From Stegostoma tigrinum (taxonomy: Eukaryota): DNA of 64,000 bases. The position numbers were made by a program, and so were the translations under genes. The notes beneath the pieces are model-generated. The model searched no databases, was not told where the DNA came from, and worked only from the letters and a program-made list of their open reading frames with translations. The DNA lies in contig NC_081354.1 in NCBI RefSeq assembly GCF_030684315.1, positions 77,885,222 to 77,949,221 on the forward strand, given 5' to 3'. This document shows positions 35,901 through 50,238 of the stretch, piece by piece. The first letter of the stretch is position 1; each line of letters opens with the position of its first letter.

Positions 35901-37222
35901 TCAAATGACCCAGTTTAAAAGTTTGAATGTATTGTATTTGAATACAAATGCTCAGAGAGAAATTACCCAATAGGGCAACAGCTTTATCCTCTCTTCCTCT
36001 GAAACTTTCTTGAAGTTTATAAGTTGGAAGCCTAATGGAAGATCTCATAAGCGCAAGTTCTTAAAAGAGAAGTCAGAATCTATACCTATTACATCAGGAA
36101 AAGAGAATTCACCCAGTTATAACTGATCCAGGGAGAAACCCTAGTATCAATAGCTTGTGTGGAAGTAACTCTTGTTGCAGAACAGCATTTGGACAATCTT
36201 TGAATATTTTAGTTTTCTGACTTTAATTTTGCCACATTTTTTAAAGATGGCTCTCTGAAGAGTTTTACAATACTTTCATGCTTGGAGAGGGTTGTACATA
36301 TGTATTATTTTTCAAGAAGGATAGATGAACATATTTTCACATTTTAAATGTTTTGTTATTAATTTATACTTCTTTGCTTTAAGACTAGATTCTTAATAAT
36401 TTGTAAGTTATTAAAAGGGCTAGACTGACATCTAGAAATTTGTCCAATCACTATGTCTGTCATAACAGCCTTTGCTCAATGAATAGGTCTTCTGCAATAA
36501 AACAAATTCTTTATTTGTTAAGTAACTTAGCCGTCTTGTTTCTGATGCTGAGCTGTATATTGTCTTATACATGCATACAATTAGCAACATCCACCTCCCA
36601 GTTAAATGTAAACTTTGCTGTGACCACTGTGGGACTGGGACAATGAAAGGAATCAGCCCACCCCCTCTTAACCTGATTGTAACAATGTTAAAAATCCGTC
36701 AGAAAATGGGGCTTTGATGTTTGCCATATTGGACAACCAATGCCCAAGTTTTGGTGTATGGGCAGTGTCATCTTAATTGGCATTAGTTGTCATGTAATAA
36801 TCAAAATAATGAAAAGCTTGTGACCAAACATATTATTATTTCTGCTCATATTATTTTTCTTCTTTGTTGTCATGATTATAATGTTAGAGTGTAGCTATAT
36901 TAGGAGATTGGTATTTATACTGCAATTGAAGCGAGGGGAAGGCAGAGTTTGTTACCAAGGGATTTGGAGGGGTATCAGTGAAGGATGGTGTAGTTTTACC
37001 CTGGCCCTTGCTGCAGCTATTGCCCACCTGGCTCTCACTCACTTGTTGGCTGCTGCTGGAAGGTGCTAAGGGTTTCCTTTTGAGGAGCAGCCTCCTGTTC
37101 TCTTTCTCCTCCTTCTGGTCCCAGCACTTTGTGCTGCTGTGTACATGTTTGAAATCGTTTCTGTCTAACTGCATGCAACTAGCAACTGCACACTGTCACT
37201 AACCCACCCGGGCTTTGGAAGT

Positions 37223-37382
37223 CGGAGTCAATAAAATGTGGAGCTGGATGAGCACAGCAGGTTAGACATCATCAGGGGATCAGACGTTTTGGTTCGGGAC
37301 CCTTCTGATGAACCTGTTGTGCTCCTCTACCTCTACATTTTATTGACTGACTTCCAGAAACTGCAGTCCTTGCTATCTCCTA
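37223..37382. mobile_element. Fold-back Penelope-terminal-repeat element with TSD
   Basis: agtcaataaaatgtggag...ctctacattttattgact inverted arms; TSD gctttggaagt at 37212-37222 / 37383-37393. Confidence 0.75.
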
Positions 37383-38939
37383 GCTTTGGAAGTGCCACAA
37401 CTTGAACACACTAATTAGCACCAACACCTCTAATTGGAGGAAGTTCCCTCACATGACCCATTGACCAAAGACTTATATTACAGGCCTGTTGATTGGTCAA
37501 TATCCTGACATCAGTCCAGCCCTTTTAATAATTTAACATTTATCAGGAATCTAGTCTAAAGAGAAATTGATTTTCAATGTTTTATGTCTCAAAGTCAGTA
37601 CATCAGAACACATAACAGATGTACTCTGGATATGATCACCGTATCCAAGCATATGCCAGAAGTTTTAAATATCTCAGACTCCATCTTACCCCAGGGATTA
37701 CTTGAAGCATAACATGCTACTGAAAGCATGCTGCTGTATTGTAACTAATAGTCTAATGCTAACCCAGACACTTAGGTGCTTGTGAATGTATTTTTTTGTC
37801 CATAACAGTTATCTGTAATACATGACTGTTGACTCTTCAATGCCATGATTTCTTGCCCAATTTTGTAGGTCACAAGGGATAATATAAGCATTGCTGCATC
37901 AGATCAAGCACTGTGTTGGAGGCAGAATCACATCATTCAATTCTTCCATTGTACGTTATCAATGGATATATGAAACGGAATGCATGAAATGGTGGGAGGA
38001 GATCAAGTCAGAAAGTCATACAGCATGGAAACAGATGTTTCAGCTTCCGTCCAACTCGTCCATGCCGGCCAAGTTTCCCAAACTAAACTAATCCTGCCTA
38101 CCTGCATTTGGTCCATATCTGTCTAAACCTTTCCTACACATGTACCTGTCCAGGTGTCTTTTAAATGTTGTAGAATCATAGGGTCATACACCATGGAAGT
38201 AAACCCTTCGGTCCTACTCATTGGCAGAGATGGAAGCCTCGACATGAAAATAAATAGGGACAAGCAAATATTTACTGAAAATCTCAAACTGTCCTCATAA
38301 AATTGGTGTCTGGTTACCTTAGCCATAATATAATGTCTGTTTACTTTAACCTAAATATAATAGTTGCTTTAAAGTACAATTAGTGGATGTCTGATGACAC
38401 AGCATGTGGGACGGTGTGGATTAGAATATAGGGGAGGACCGGTGGGCAAAAACTTATAAGTTAGTTATGCCAAGGAACAGTAATATTTCATTCTGAAATA
38501 CAAGGCCTGAGAAGAAAAATTGTTCTTGTTGCATTTCAAATTAACTGGGCCTCAACCATGCTAGCCACTGACAGCTACCTGTCAAGAGATGGCGCTGTGC
38601 CTCACATGCATTGCAAAACCCAAAGGAAATGCCAAGGTGACAATGACTGTTCATTTACTTCAATATTTATTGATACAACGAAGTTGCTTATCACCTTTTC
38701 TTATAATATGTGATTTTCCATGAGATAAATCAAACAACTAGAAACTCTTTTTAAAAGATTTGAAACATGATCCTGAACAACATGAAATTATGAGATAAAT
38801 AAGTGAGCCAAATGTTTGAGTAATTGTTTGAATTGGCTAGCTCAGCTGAACAGATAGATGGCTAGAATGTGGTGCAGAGTGCTGCTACCAGTGTTGGTTT
38901 AATCCCCACAATCAGCTGTGATTGTTCCTGCCTCCCTTG

Positions 38940-39250
38940 GGAGGCCCGGTGGCTCAGTGGTTAGCACTGCAGCCTCACAGCTCCAGGAACCCGGGTTCAA
39001 TTCCTGCCTCGGGCGACTGTCTGTGTGGAGTTTGCACATTCTCTCTGTGTCTGTGTGGGTTTCCTTCAGGTGCTCTGGTTTCCTCCCACAGTTCAAAGAT
39101 GTGCAGGCTCGGTGGAGTGGCCGTGTTAAATTGCCGCAGTGTTCAGGGGTGTGTGGGTTATATGGGAATGGGTCTGGGTGGGATGCTTCAAGGGGTGGTG
39201 TAGACTTGTTGGGCCAAATGGCCTGTTTCCACACTGTAGGGAATCTAATC
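38940..39250 (+). mobile_element. HE1-type SINE, nested in an older tRNA-SINE (~38835-39355)
   Basis: A box tggctcagtgg (~38950), B box gggttcaattcc (~38993). Flanks resemble the SINE at 60125-60358. Confidence 0.85.
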
Positions 39251-40355
39251 CTTCTCTTGATCACACTTGATGCTGTGGAGTGACATGCCTCAAGTTGTAT
39301 AAACATTTGCCTCTCTCTAACAATGCCTATGGCTCTTTGTGGACTAGGGGTAATTAAGTGCCAGTTTGGAGACTTCAGTCCAACTTAGCTCACAAAAATC
39401 ATGTGTCTGATCTGAGCATGACACTGGAGGCACTCTATCAACTTTGGAGATTTTCAAATGCCCACGTTGCAATTCAGAATGATAGATCATGTTGGAGATC
39501 TTTCCCACAAAATATTGGAGTGGGTTTCTCTAACTATCATGAAATTTTGATTGTATGAAATCTTATATTATTAGTTTTCTGCTGTAATGGAAACAGAGAC
39601 ATTTTATAAAGATAAGGCACAAACACAATGCATTTTTGAGGTTGGAACATTTATCCTGTAGCAGTCATAATGTTGCAAAAGTACAAGCCTGTCAGGAAAA
39701 TATTTTTTTGTTTTGATTTTTGTCACACTCTCCTTTCACTTCTGATCTTCCATCCATAATTTCCTGAACAGCAGCAAGTAACCAGTTGCAGGTGGAGATT
39801 TGTTGGTATGCTACATTAAGGATTGGAAATTTGTTGGTATGTTATATCTAAGGATGGGAGAACTATTAAACTCACTTTTTAATGACCAGCACAATGAAAT
39901 GCTGACCGCCCTAATTTGAGCTAATCTGCTTTGCTGTTCCATCTGTCACTAGCAATTGTTGTCTAGCTACCATCTGAACCAAGGTGACATGAAAATTCAA
40001 ACTGATTTTACAATGTAGGAAGTTAGTTGGGGCTTCTTCCTCTCTGAAAGGTTTTTTTTAAAATACAGGGACCAACAATAATTGTTGACGGCCCATGTAA
40101 ATCTGGATCACACACTGTGTTACCAAACAATTCATTGTGAAGAAGTTTGGGAACCAACTTCTTTGAGGCTGAAGTTTCCATGGCTTTATGATATCATGTC
40201 AGCTCAAAGCTTTACAATACTTACACAGGTCAGCATTGTAGTCGGATTTGTCATTTGCACGGTACTGTCTCCTGGCAACATCACACAGATCAAAAGACCT
40301 TCTATAAGTGTATTCGCGGAAATGGATGGGGAAAATCTACTAACTGTAAATCGGT

Positions 40356-40885
40356 GACAACAAGATGTACAGCTGGATGAACACAGCAGGCCAAGCAACA
40401 TCAGAGGAGCAGGAAGGCTGACATTTTGGGCCTAGACCCTTCTTTAGAAATGGGGGAGGGGAAGGGGATTCTGAAATAAATAGGGAGAGAGGGGGAGGCA
40501 GATAGAAAATGAATAGAGGAGAAAGTAGGTGGAGAGGAGACAGACAGGTCAAAGAGGTGGGGATGGAACCAGTAAACGTGAGTGTAGGTGGGGAGGTAGG
40601 GAGGAGATAGATCAGTCCAGGGAGGATGGATGTGTCAAGGGGGCAGGATGAAGCTAGTAGGTAGGAGATGGGGGTCGGCTTGAGGTAGGAGGAGGGGATA
40701 GGTGGGAGGAAGGACAGGTTAGGGAGGAGGGGACAAGTTGGGCTGGTTTTGGGATGCAGTAGGGGGAGGGAAGATTTTGAAGCTTGTGAAGTCCTCATTG
40801 ATACCATGGGGCTACAGGGTTCCTAAACGGAATATGAGTTACTGTTCATGCAACCTTTGGGTGGCATCGTTGTGGCACTGCACTC
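40356..40885 (-). mobile_element. Penelope-like element 3' end (purine/pyrimidine-biased tail + terminal repeat)
   Basis: Reverse-complement match to 47230-47750; CpG-decayed hammerhead at ~40420-40447. Confidence 0.85.
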
Positions 40886-41959
40886 GACTATGGGCCTGAG
40901 CTTCCCACAGTCGAGTAGTACTGGGCCAATCTGCTATCTTGCAGCCGATTAGGACAATCAGAACTGAAATGGCTTTCAGACTAATGTATCATCCTGGTCC
41001 TCATGATGAGGTTGGATGAGGTTCTTCCCCTTCTGTGTAAGGTGAGCAGTGGTGCAGGCCTCCACGGGTTTTGGAGTCCAAATGTTATAAAGTGCAGTGT
41101 GTGTAAAGGTACAAAGCTTGAAATGTCCTGGAGGAATATCTTTGAAGCATTGAAGATAAGAAAATGTTGGCTAACAGGTTCTACAAAAAAATGCCAACAA
41201 ACACTCTCGTGGTAAATAAAAGGCTTCAACTTAAAGCGAGGTTGAGGGGAGATGGAATATTCAAGCACTGGCTTCCTCTTCAGTTCCACTGTAAATTTGC
41301 TAACCTTCTTTATCAGGCAATGGTTTTTCGAGATGTATAATTAAATTTGCAGCACAGTGAAATAAAGAACAACTTTAATTATGAAAGTGTATTAAACAAT
41401 AACTTATTTTAATTGAAAAGCTTTGTTAACTAAACCAGGCAATTTGACAATCAACCTTATGCATTTTGTTTTATCCATTTGTGGAATGTGAGCGTCCTCC
41501 CATCCTTACTGCCTGGAATGAATAGCCTTTGACCTTTTCATGTCAAATGTCAACGTATCATTACTGGTCAACAGCATTTCAAACAATGTCGCAATTTGTC
41601 AGTGTTTCACAAGAAAAATGAACATTTTGCACATATCCCTACCCCCCAAAATGTTGGAAAAGGTCACTAGTGACTAGTCACATTTAGAAAGCAAGACTGG
41701 AGGCTGTCAGCATCAATCCAATTGGCTGGAAGGCTAAACTGAAGGCCATCAAACTAACCGGTCAGATGGTGCTCACCCTCTTTGTTCAGGGATGCGTAGA
41801 TGAGGTGGGTTACTGGGAGACATGTCTGCGTGGGATGCTCTGAGGTTTGGTGTGGACTTGTTGGGCCAAAGGGCCTGTTTCCACACAGTAGGGATTCTAT
41901 GATCTTTGTTCATTTTAAATTGACTTCTGAAAAGTTAAAATGAGTTGTATCTTTTGGAT

Positions 41960-43560
41960 GTCCTTTGGAGACGGAAATCTGCTGTCTTTACCTGGCCTGA
42001 CCTGCATGTGACTTCAGACCCACAATGATGTGGTTGACTCTTAACTGCCTTGTGAATTGGCAAGCTGCTTTGCTGTGCTGGCCGATTACAGAAGAGACCA
42101 AAAAGGAATAAACTCAACAGATCGCTCAGCAGTGACCCAAGCACTGAGACCCTGCACGGTTCTTGTCACTACCCTCAGGGGTTTTGTGCCAAAAATAGGC
42201 CAGACTAGCTGGGCAACAGAGTGAGACAGTGATAGTCACAGAATAGTAACTTGCACACGAGTACCAGACACAGCATTACTACATCTCGGTGCTTCCTGTC
42301 AAACCAACAGACCAGAACTACCAGAGGTGGCACTACAGTGGAATACAGTTAGGACAAAGCTGTCATAGATTCATACAGTTCAGGAACCGACCCTTTGGTT
42401 CAACTTGTCCACGCTGACCAGACACAGCAATTTTACCCAGTCCCCTTTGCCGGCATGTGGCCCATATCTCTAAACCCTTCCTCCCATGTACCCATTCAGA
42501 TGCCTTTTAAATGTTCTAATTGTACCTGTCTCCACCACTTCATTTGGCAGTTTGTTCCATACACAGATCATTTTCTGCATGAAAAGCTTACCCCTCAAGT
42601 TCGGTTTTTTAATCTATCCCCTCTCACCTTGAAACCAATGCCCTCTAGATTTGGACTCGCCTACCCTGGAGAAAAGACCTTGTCTGTTCACCCTATCATT
42701 GCCCCTCTTGATTTTGTAAACCTCTATGAAGTCACTCCTGGCAGTTCTCAACATTGACTTTAAACCTCATGAAGTCCCATTGACATCAAACGTAGGTAGG
42801 GAAACTTCCTGTTGATTGCACCCTTCTGCACACCCTCAGCAGACAAATCAGTACTTCTCCATGTCGAACACCACTTGGAAGAAATACTGAAGATGGCAAC
42901 GACACAGTATGTTCTCTGAGTTGGCAGAATTCAATGTTCAACAAATTCACATGTTATGATTTAGATATATGTCATTGTATTTTGCTACGTGTAGCTTTAA
43001 GAGGTAAATCTTAAACTGGTGAGAGCACCTATCCTTGATATCAAGACAACATTTGATCAATTGCGCAGTGAGCCCTAGCTGAACTAAATTCAGTGGGAAT
43101 CAAGGGGCAAGTTTACTGGAGATTGGTGTCTACCTAGCTTAAAGAAAGACCGTTCTGGCCTTTGGAGGCCAGTCATTTCAGTTCCAAGCCTTTCACTGAA
43201 GGAATTCCTTAGCGTAGTGTCCTGTCCCAATCAGCTTCAGAAGTTTCATCAATGACCTTCCTTCCATCATAAGGTTAGAAGTGGAAATGTTCACTGCTGA
43301 TCGCACAATGTCCAGCAACATTTGCAACTCTTCAGACACTAAAGTAGTCCATGTCCACATACAGTAATGCTTTGACACCAGGCTGTGAAGTGGCATTTGA
43401 CATTCATACCACACAAGTGCCAGGCGATGACCACGTCCAACAAGAAGAATCTAACCATTGCCCCTTTACATTCAATGCCATTACCGCTGATGGATCCTCA
43501 CTAGCAACATCCTGGAGGTTGCCGTTGCCTACAAACAGAACCGGACCAGCTATAGCAATA
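41960..43560 (+). mobile_element. Decayed LINE (CR1/L2 clade) fragments, interrupted by a minus-strand CR1 3' end (~42365-42745)
   Basis: RT-like remnants (gacaacatttgatcaa, FINDLPS, MFTAD); the inner segment is a reverse CR1 tail. Confidence 0.55.
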
Positions 43561-45129
43561 GTTTTTAAAATTGAATTCTTTCATGGGATATGGATGTCAT
43601 TGGTGATGTAATATTTGTTGCTCCTCCCTAACTGCTTATTGCCTTATTCTGTTTTGGGTGGAGACATGAATTTAACCTCTGATGGATATAAACCTCACCC
43701 TTAAGAGCTTACTTGTATTTTGTCTCTTCACAAAATTCATTGCCGCAGCTGACGGCACTTTATCATTACAAAAATGATCAGTCTTAAATGTGTGGCTGAC
43801 TTGCCAACACTTTAGTTACTGGGTCAGACAGTTCAATGTTCTATGTTCCACTTCACTAGCTGAGCATAGGAAGCTGTTCTGGACAGACACCTTCATGCAC
43901 ATCTGTGGAAGTGCAGCCATTGTCAGTGCTGCCATCTCTTGGACGATATGTTAAAGTGAACTGAGGGCAGGAACAGAAATCAGGGGCAGTGGATTGTCCA
44001 AAGGGGATTTGAAGGGAGATGGGGAGGGTTGGTAGATGCTCAATCCCATCACGACCCGTGGAAGAAATGTTGATGACAGACTGGCTGGCTCTAAATGAAA
44101 AGGCTGTCCCTCAGAGAGAACACTGTGTTGGGGTTTGCACGCGCCCCCCCACCCAAGTGCCCCGTTGCTGTCAGTGGAATGAAATTGCTGACCAATCTGA
44201 TGGACTGACGGTGCCGGGCAGAGCAGTCTTTGCTGCTGAGAATAGTGGGAGGCTCCTGTAGCACTGTCATGGATACTGGACACAGATAAGTCAGGCCTTT
44301 GCACCCATAGGAGTTGGGTCTAGAAGCCAGGATGAGGGAGTTCAACGCAGTATACAATCTTAGGGAAGGTACCCCCCCCAAGAGGCTACATTTTCACTAA
44401 TTTTCTGAAAAGACAGGTTTTCCACATTCTCCCATGTTTCATTGTGTAGCATATTATGTAGTTGAAGTGCATTAAGGTCCATAAATGGCCATTATTTTGC
44501 ATTTGAGGACCTCAGTAGGCCTAATGCCAGGTGTGCTAGTGGATTAGTAGAAGATCCAGATCTAGGATTGTATCTGGATCTTGAACCGTCCCCCGGGGAA
44601 GTAATCATCCACTGGTGCATGGGGTGACCAAACATTCCACTTTTACTGAGATAGTCTGGTTTTTGTTAAATTTCCCAGTCTCTGACAATTTCCAAAATAC
44701 AATTCAAATGTTCCGCTTTCCACATTTTCATATTTGCCAGATATGAACTGGACCTCTGGGAGACAAAATCTATGTGAACTGTACTCTTCTACTTGGAAAC
44801 ATCCAACACATTATATACAGCAGACCTGCATCCCTGCCTCACCACTCCCTTGAACACTCCAGGGAAGGTGCCGCTACATTTTTAATTTTGACAACTCCAT
44901 TGCTTCTGGTGCCTTTTCAACAAACCAAGGTCAAGTGTTGGTATCTTTGTCTTCCATAGAGAAGTCATAATCTTCCACCTTCAACTCCAGGGCTCCTGTC
45001 ATTGGTTGCCCCATATGTCAGTCATTGAGGAAGCCCGCCTTCCTTTAAGTTTTCAATATAACCTGGTTTTGACGTTTGAAAATCATTTTTTATACAATTA
45101 TTTGCAAGAATTTTTCCAGAAATGAGCAA

Positions 45130-45540
45130 TTTCAGTTATGAGAATGAGTTGAAGAAGTTGGACTGCTTTCCTTGAAGAGAAAGAGACTGTGAGAAAATTT
45201 GATGGAGGATTTCAAAATCATGAGCAGGATGGTGAGAGTAGGTAGACAGAGACTCTTTCCACCCATAAAAGAAGAAAAAAAAACGTACAAGAGGACATAA
45301 TTAAAATTGATGTGCAAAGGAGGAAAGGGTAATGTGAGAAAAAAAAATTACATAGCGAGTAGTTAGGGTAAGGAATGCTCTGTCTGTAAATCTAATAGTG
45401 GCAGGTTCAACTGAAGCATTGTAGAACGTTTTGGACGCTGCTTTGCTTTGCTGGGATGTGGGGAGAAGGCAGCATTAGGTAATAGAGCCCATGTAGGCAT
45501 GACAGGCTGAATGGGGCCATCCTGCACTGTGAGAATTCTG
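45130..45540 (+). mobile_element. CR1 LINE 3' fragment
   Basis: ttcagttatgagaatgagttgaagaagttggactgctttccttg...ggctgaatggggccatcctgcactg. Confidence 0.65.
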
Positions 45541-46224
45541 GGATTGGGTGAAAATCTGGTCACTTTGCTGGTTGTGTCACTGTAATTTGGCAGGAGACTA
45601 AACTTGCTATCCAATTAAGGATGGCAGGCAAGGTTTGGAAGCTGGAGTGGCCTTCCCTTGAAAGAAGCAGCAGGTTCTAATGGAGGATATGTAGGACAGA
45701 GGGCTTGCCCCTCTCTCCAACTTCCTCACATTGTAAGAAATGGAACATGCAGCAACTTGGGGAAGTAGGGGAGTCAGTACCTTTTAGTAGAAGACCTTTG
45801 GCTGTCCCAGCACCCAAGCACTCATGGATGACCTGCCTGGCCTGTTAGCCACCAGGCCTGAAGCTGGGAGATCATCTGCTATCCCACCCCTACCACTCTA
45901 GATGCCAACTGGAAAATCCCAGGGGGCCTCCTTGAATCGACCTTGGTCGGCTCTGAATTAACCATGGCAGCTCCCTGCCACGTGGCCCACCTCACCATCT
46001 CGTCCAGCCTCACCAAAATTGGGCAGGTCAAGGCAGGGTGGAGGTGGACAAGGTACTGCGCAGTGACTTTTAGCTTGTGCTCATCTCCGATCCTGGCCCT
46101 AGAAGTGGTGGGGAACTCAAAATTCTGACCCTAGATTTCATCCTCAAGTGGTTACGAAAGGTCCAGTAGTACTTACTGAAGAAGAACAGCAAAGGTTTCC
46201 AGGTCTATCAATCCTCCTCCTCTC

Positions 46225-47750
46225 AGATAAAAGGCAACTAGCTACATTGTCCCTATCCCCCACTTCTTCCTCTGTTATATTGATGACTGTATCAGCGTTG
46301 CCTCGTGCTCCCACGAGAAGCTTGAACAGTTCATCCAATTCACTAACACCTTCCACCCCAACCTTAAGTTCACCTGGACCATCTCCGATACTTCTCTCTC
46401 CTTTCTGAGCCTCTCTGTTTCCATCTCTGGCAACCACCTAGAAACCGATATCTATTTCAAGCCCGCTGACTCCCACAGCTACCCAGAGTACACCTCCTCC
46501 CACCCACCTTCCTGCAAAAATGCCATCCCCCATTCCCAATTCCCTCACCTCTGCCGCATCTGCTCCCGAGAAGAGACATTCCACTCCCGGACATCCCAGA
46601 TGTCCTTGTTTATCAAGGACCGCAACTTCTCCTCCACAGTGGTTGAAAACGCCCTCAACCGTGTCTCTCACATTTCCCACAACTCATTCCTCACACCCCC
46701 TCCCCGCAATAATAACCAAAACAGAATCCCCCTCGTCCTCATGTACCACCCCACCAATCTCTGGATCCAACGCATCATCCCCCGACACTTCTGCCATCTG
46801 CAATCCCACCCCACCACCAAAGACATTTTTCCCTTCCCAGCCTTATCTGCTTTCCGGAGGGACCGCTCTCTCGGTGACTCTCTTATTTGCTCCACACTCC
46901 CCACCAGCCCACCACACCAGGCACTTTTCCCTGCAACCGCAGGAAGTACTACACCTGCCCCTACACCTCCTCCCTCACCCCCATCCCAGGCCCCAAGAAG
47001 ACTTTCCACATCAAGCAGATGTTGACCTGCACATCTGCTAATGTGGTATACTATATCCAATGTTCCACATGTGGCCTCCTCTACATTGGGGAAACCAAGA
47101 AAGTTTGGGGACCGCTTTGTGGAACACCTATGCTCGGTTCGCACCAAACAACTGCACCTCCCAGTTGCAAACCATTTCATCTCCCCCTCCCATTCCTTGG
47201 ATGACATGTCCATCCTGGGTCTCCTGCAGTGCTACAATGTTGCCACCCAAAGGTTGCATGAACAGCATCTCATATTTTGCTTGGGAAACCTGCAGCTCAA
47301 TGGTGTTGATGTGGACTTCACAAGCTTCAAAATCTCCCCTCCCCCTACCGCATCACAAAACCAGCCCAGCTCTCATCTGCCTCCCTAACCTGTCTCTCAC
47401 CTATCCAGCCCTCCCACGTCAAGCCCCACCCCCATTTCCTACCTATTAGCCTCATCCTGCCTCCTTGACCTGTCCATCCTCCCTGGACCAACCTATCCCC
47501 TCCCTAACTCTCCACCGGTACTCACCTTTACTGGCTCCAAGCCTGCCTTCTTGACCTGTCTGTTTCCTCTCCACCCATCTTCTCCTTTATCCATCTTCTA
47601 TCCACCTCCCCCTTTCTCCCTATTTATTTCAGAATCTCCTTCCCCTCCCCCATTTCTGAAGAAAGGTCTAGGCCCGAAACGTCAGCTTTCCTGCCCCTCT
47701 GATGCTGCTTGGCCTGCTGTGTTCATCCAGCTCCACACCGTGTTGTCTCT
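46225..47750 (+). mobile_element. Penelope-like retroelement: RT C-terminus, GIY-YIG endonuclease, 3' terminal repeat with hammerhead
   Basis: YIDD-like, FIQFTNTFHPNLKFT, TCTSANVVYYIQCSTCGLLYIGETK, DRFVEHL, PVANHF; CTGAAGA-aaggtctaggccc-GAAACGTC at 47656-47683. Confidence 0.9.
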
Positions 47751-48986
47751 ACTTCTTTAAACTGCTGTTTATGAGACCTTGCTATCTGCAAATTGGCTGT
47801 TGTATGAGCCTACATCACAACCAGCTTTAGTCCTTGATTGTAAAGCATTTCAATGTGGTCTGAGGCAATGTAACGTGCTATAAATCTGTGCAGTTCTTTG
47901 CTTTGATGTACGAGGTTTAAAAAATATCTTATTTTAAATCAGAAACCAGAACTTCATCTGGTCAGGTTAAAATTTGGACACGATAAATAGAGTTGATGTC
48001 AGAATGAAATTTGTGATCCAGGATATCTCACTGGCAGTGGTGAAAAAGCAGAACGTATTATTGTATTACTGCTAGTGAATGGCAGCTCAGTGACAAAGCA
48101 CATTATTTAGAGGTCATAGCCTCACATGTACAATTTTTCAGACATTTAGGTGCAGTTATGTGAGGGGAGCAGTTGGGAACCATTGGCTATTCCTAATAAA
48201 AGAGCTGAGGAAGGACAAGGGACTTTAATGGTTGCTGTGTTTTAGCTTTCAGCTTAATCACAGAGAATCAACAATGAGTGGTCAGGCATCGCCATTTTGG
48301 CTGGAAAATTGCAGGCCGGTGTACAGGGGTTAAAAACAAAATAACAGCAGGAAAGGAATAAGGAAGTCAACAAATGACTAAATTGATTACTTCTGAGTCC
48401 CCTCATTTTCAACCCCATCAAGTCTGATCCACCATTTGATTGTGACTGTTAATGTTTCTCAACTCCATTCTCCTGCTTTCTCTCTGTAACCCTTGATCCC
48501 CTTAATTATCAAAAAACTTATCTATCTCTGACTTAAATACACACAATCATTTGGCCTCCACAGCATTTTGTAGCAATGAGTTCCACAGAGTTACCACCCT
48601 CTGGCTGAAGAAATTTCTCCATCTCTCTCTCTCTCCGGGGAGGGGAGATTTTGCCCAGTATAAATGAGGAAGTGTTGCCAAAGTTTTTTTTGTGTTACTT
48701 GTTTACTAACAGAAGCAATGATGTCAGTTACGTTAAATTTATCTTTACACCATTTAGACATATTTCCATTCTCACACTTTGAGAACAACTTTCCATGAAG
48801 ACACTGCCTTTTTAAAAATATTTCCCAAATGCCTCATTCTAGTTGAATTCTTTGCAAGTGGTTTGATAAATCTCTTGCCTGTTTCTGTTTGATATGTTTA
48901 TCCCATTAACCGCTAATTTTTATTTGTCTGACCAATACACAGGAGACCAGGTACTTCTATATTCTGCCAGAGGATGTGTCTTCCTT

Positions 48987-49144
48987 TGTTTGAAGTGAAT
49001 TGCAATCACATACAAATGTCTATCCTGGGATGCCATAATCATGTGATTTCTACAATGAGGTACATCCCCTTGTAGGCAGACGTGTAAGCTTCACTTCACT
49101 GAAGACCTTGTGTTGAACACAGTGGTTAACCAAAATAAAAAGCA
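48987..49144 (+). repeat. 5' LTR
   Basis: tgcaatcacatacaaatgtctatcct...catgtgatttcta...aggcagac...ttcacttca...gaccttgtgttgaacac aligns with the 3' copy. Confidence 0.8.
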
Positions 49145-50119
49145 TTGCCACAGAGTTTACTCGATTTCTGCCAGTGGAAAACAAAATGAAGATCATTCCT
49201 TGAACAAAAATGGCAGTTTTCCCCCTACCAATTCCCATTTACCGGGGATATGAGGCAGAAATGGGAATATTTCCATGAACAATGGCAGAATCATAAGTAC
49301 GGATTTGTTGGTCAAGCCAGGATAATTATGAATCACTGCATTTTTATCCTTGCTGAGAAGAGACTGTTTCAAAATATTGCTCCACCCTAAACGTCTCAGA
49401 TGACCAGAAAGACAACACATGGCAGAAATTGGAAAACTTTGAAGATATGCTTTGAGGCCCAAATGAATGTTAAGCATGAGCAGTATGTATCCAATACTAG
49501 GGATCCAAAGTAGAAAGAATGCTCCGATCGATTATAACATCATTAACGCTGCTTGCAGAACTGGTGCAGTTCGAGAATCAACTATTTTAATTGTTTTAGT
49601 AATAAGGGATCAAAAAGTGAAAAATGTTCCAGTTAAAAGAAGACAAACTTACACTCAGGAGAGTACCTGAGCTGTGCAGAAATACAAGATTGTGAATCAA
49701 CAGAAAGAGCATTTTCATGGCAGGTCAGACCTTCAGACCTTGCATGATGTCAATGGATATCCAGGGACTAAGGGCAGAACAATCACAGTCCGAGGGCTGG
49801 ACACAAATACTGCAGAAGACATTATGCAGAATAGAAGAAGGCATGTTCAGAGTGGGGAATGCAGCGTTCGCACTGCAAGACGCTGAATCGTTTTGCACTC
49901 AAGTTTATGGCTAAAAAGAAACGGCTAGCCAGTAAAGATGAAACAGAAATAGAAGTTGCTTCTTTTCCACCTCTCCTACTTTATCTTTCAGGCTGGGCTT
50001 GAGAGAAGTTGGAATTTTCCACAATGAGGGCTGAATTGCTCTTGCACTCTCCTCTGCTTCAAAATGATATTTTTCTGAAAGACATCTTAACCCTATGAAC
50101 ATATCTTTGTACTCATCTA

Positions 50120-50238
50120 GAGATTATGGGAACTGCAGATGCTGGAGAATCCAAGATAACAAAATGTGGAGCTGGATGAACACAGCAGGCCAAGCAGCAT
50201 TTCAGGAGCAGGAAGGCTGACGCTTCAGGCCTAGACCC
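50120..50238 (-). mobile_element. Penelope terminal-repeat fragment inserted in Gypsy pol
   Basis: gggaactgcagatgctggagaatccaagataac...gctgacgcttcaggcctagaccc. Confidence 0.8.

Noticed and set aside
38945-39020. tRNA-like A/B boxes (also ~22790-22840, 28800-28855, 60290-60358, 20080-20130)
   Set aside because: These are SINE heads with SINE bodies attached; no complete cloverleaf.
39793-39860. ~31-bp tandem duplication (ggagatttgttggtatgctacattaaggatt)
   Set aside because: Two diverged copies only; an ordinary local duplication.
49200-49950. Possible nested host gene in the VAMP intron
   Set aside because: Reads as frameshifted Gypsy gag lying between the LTRs.
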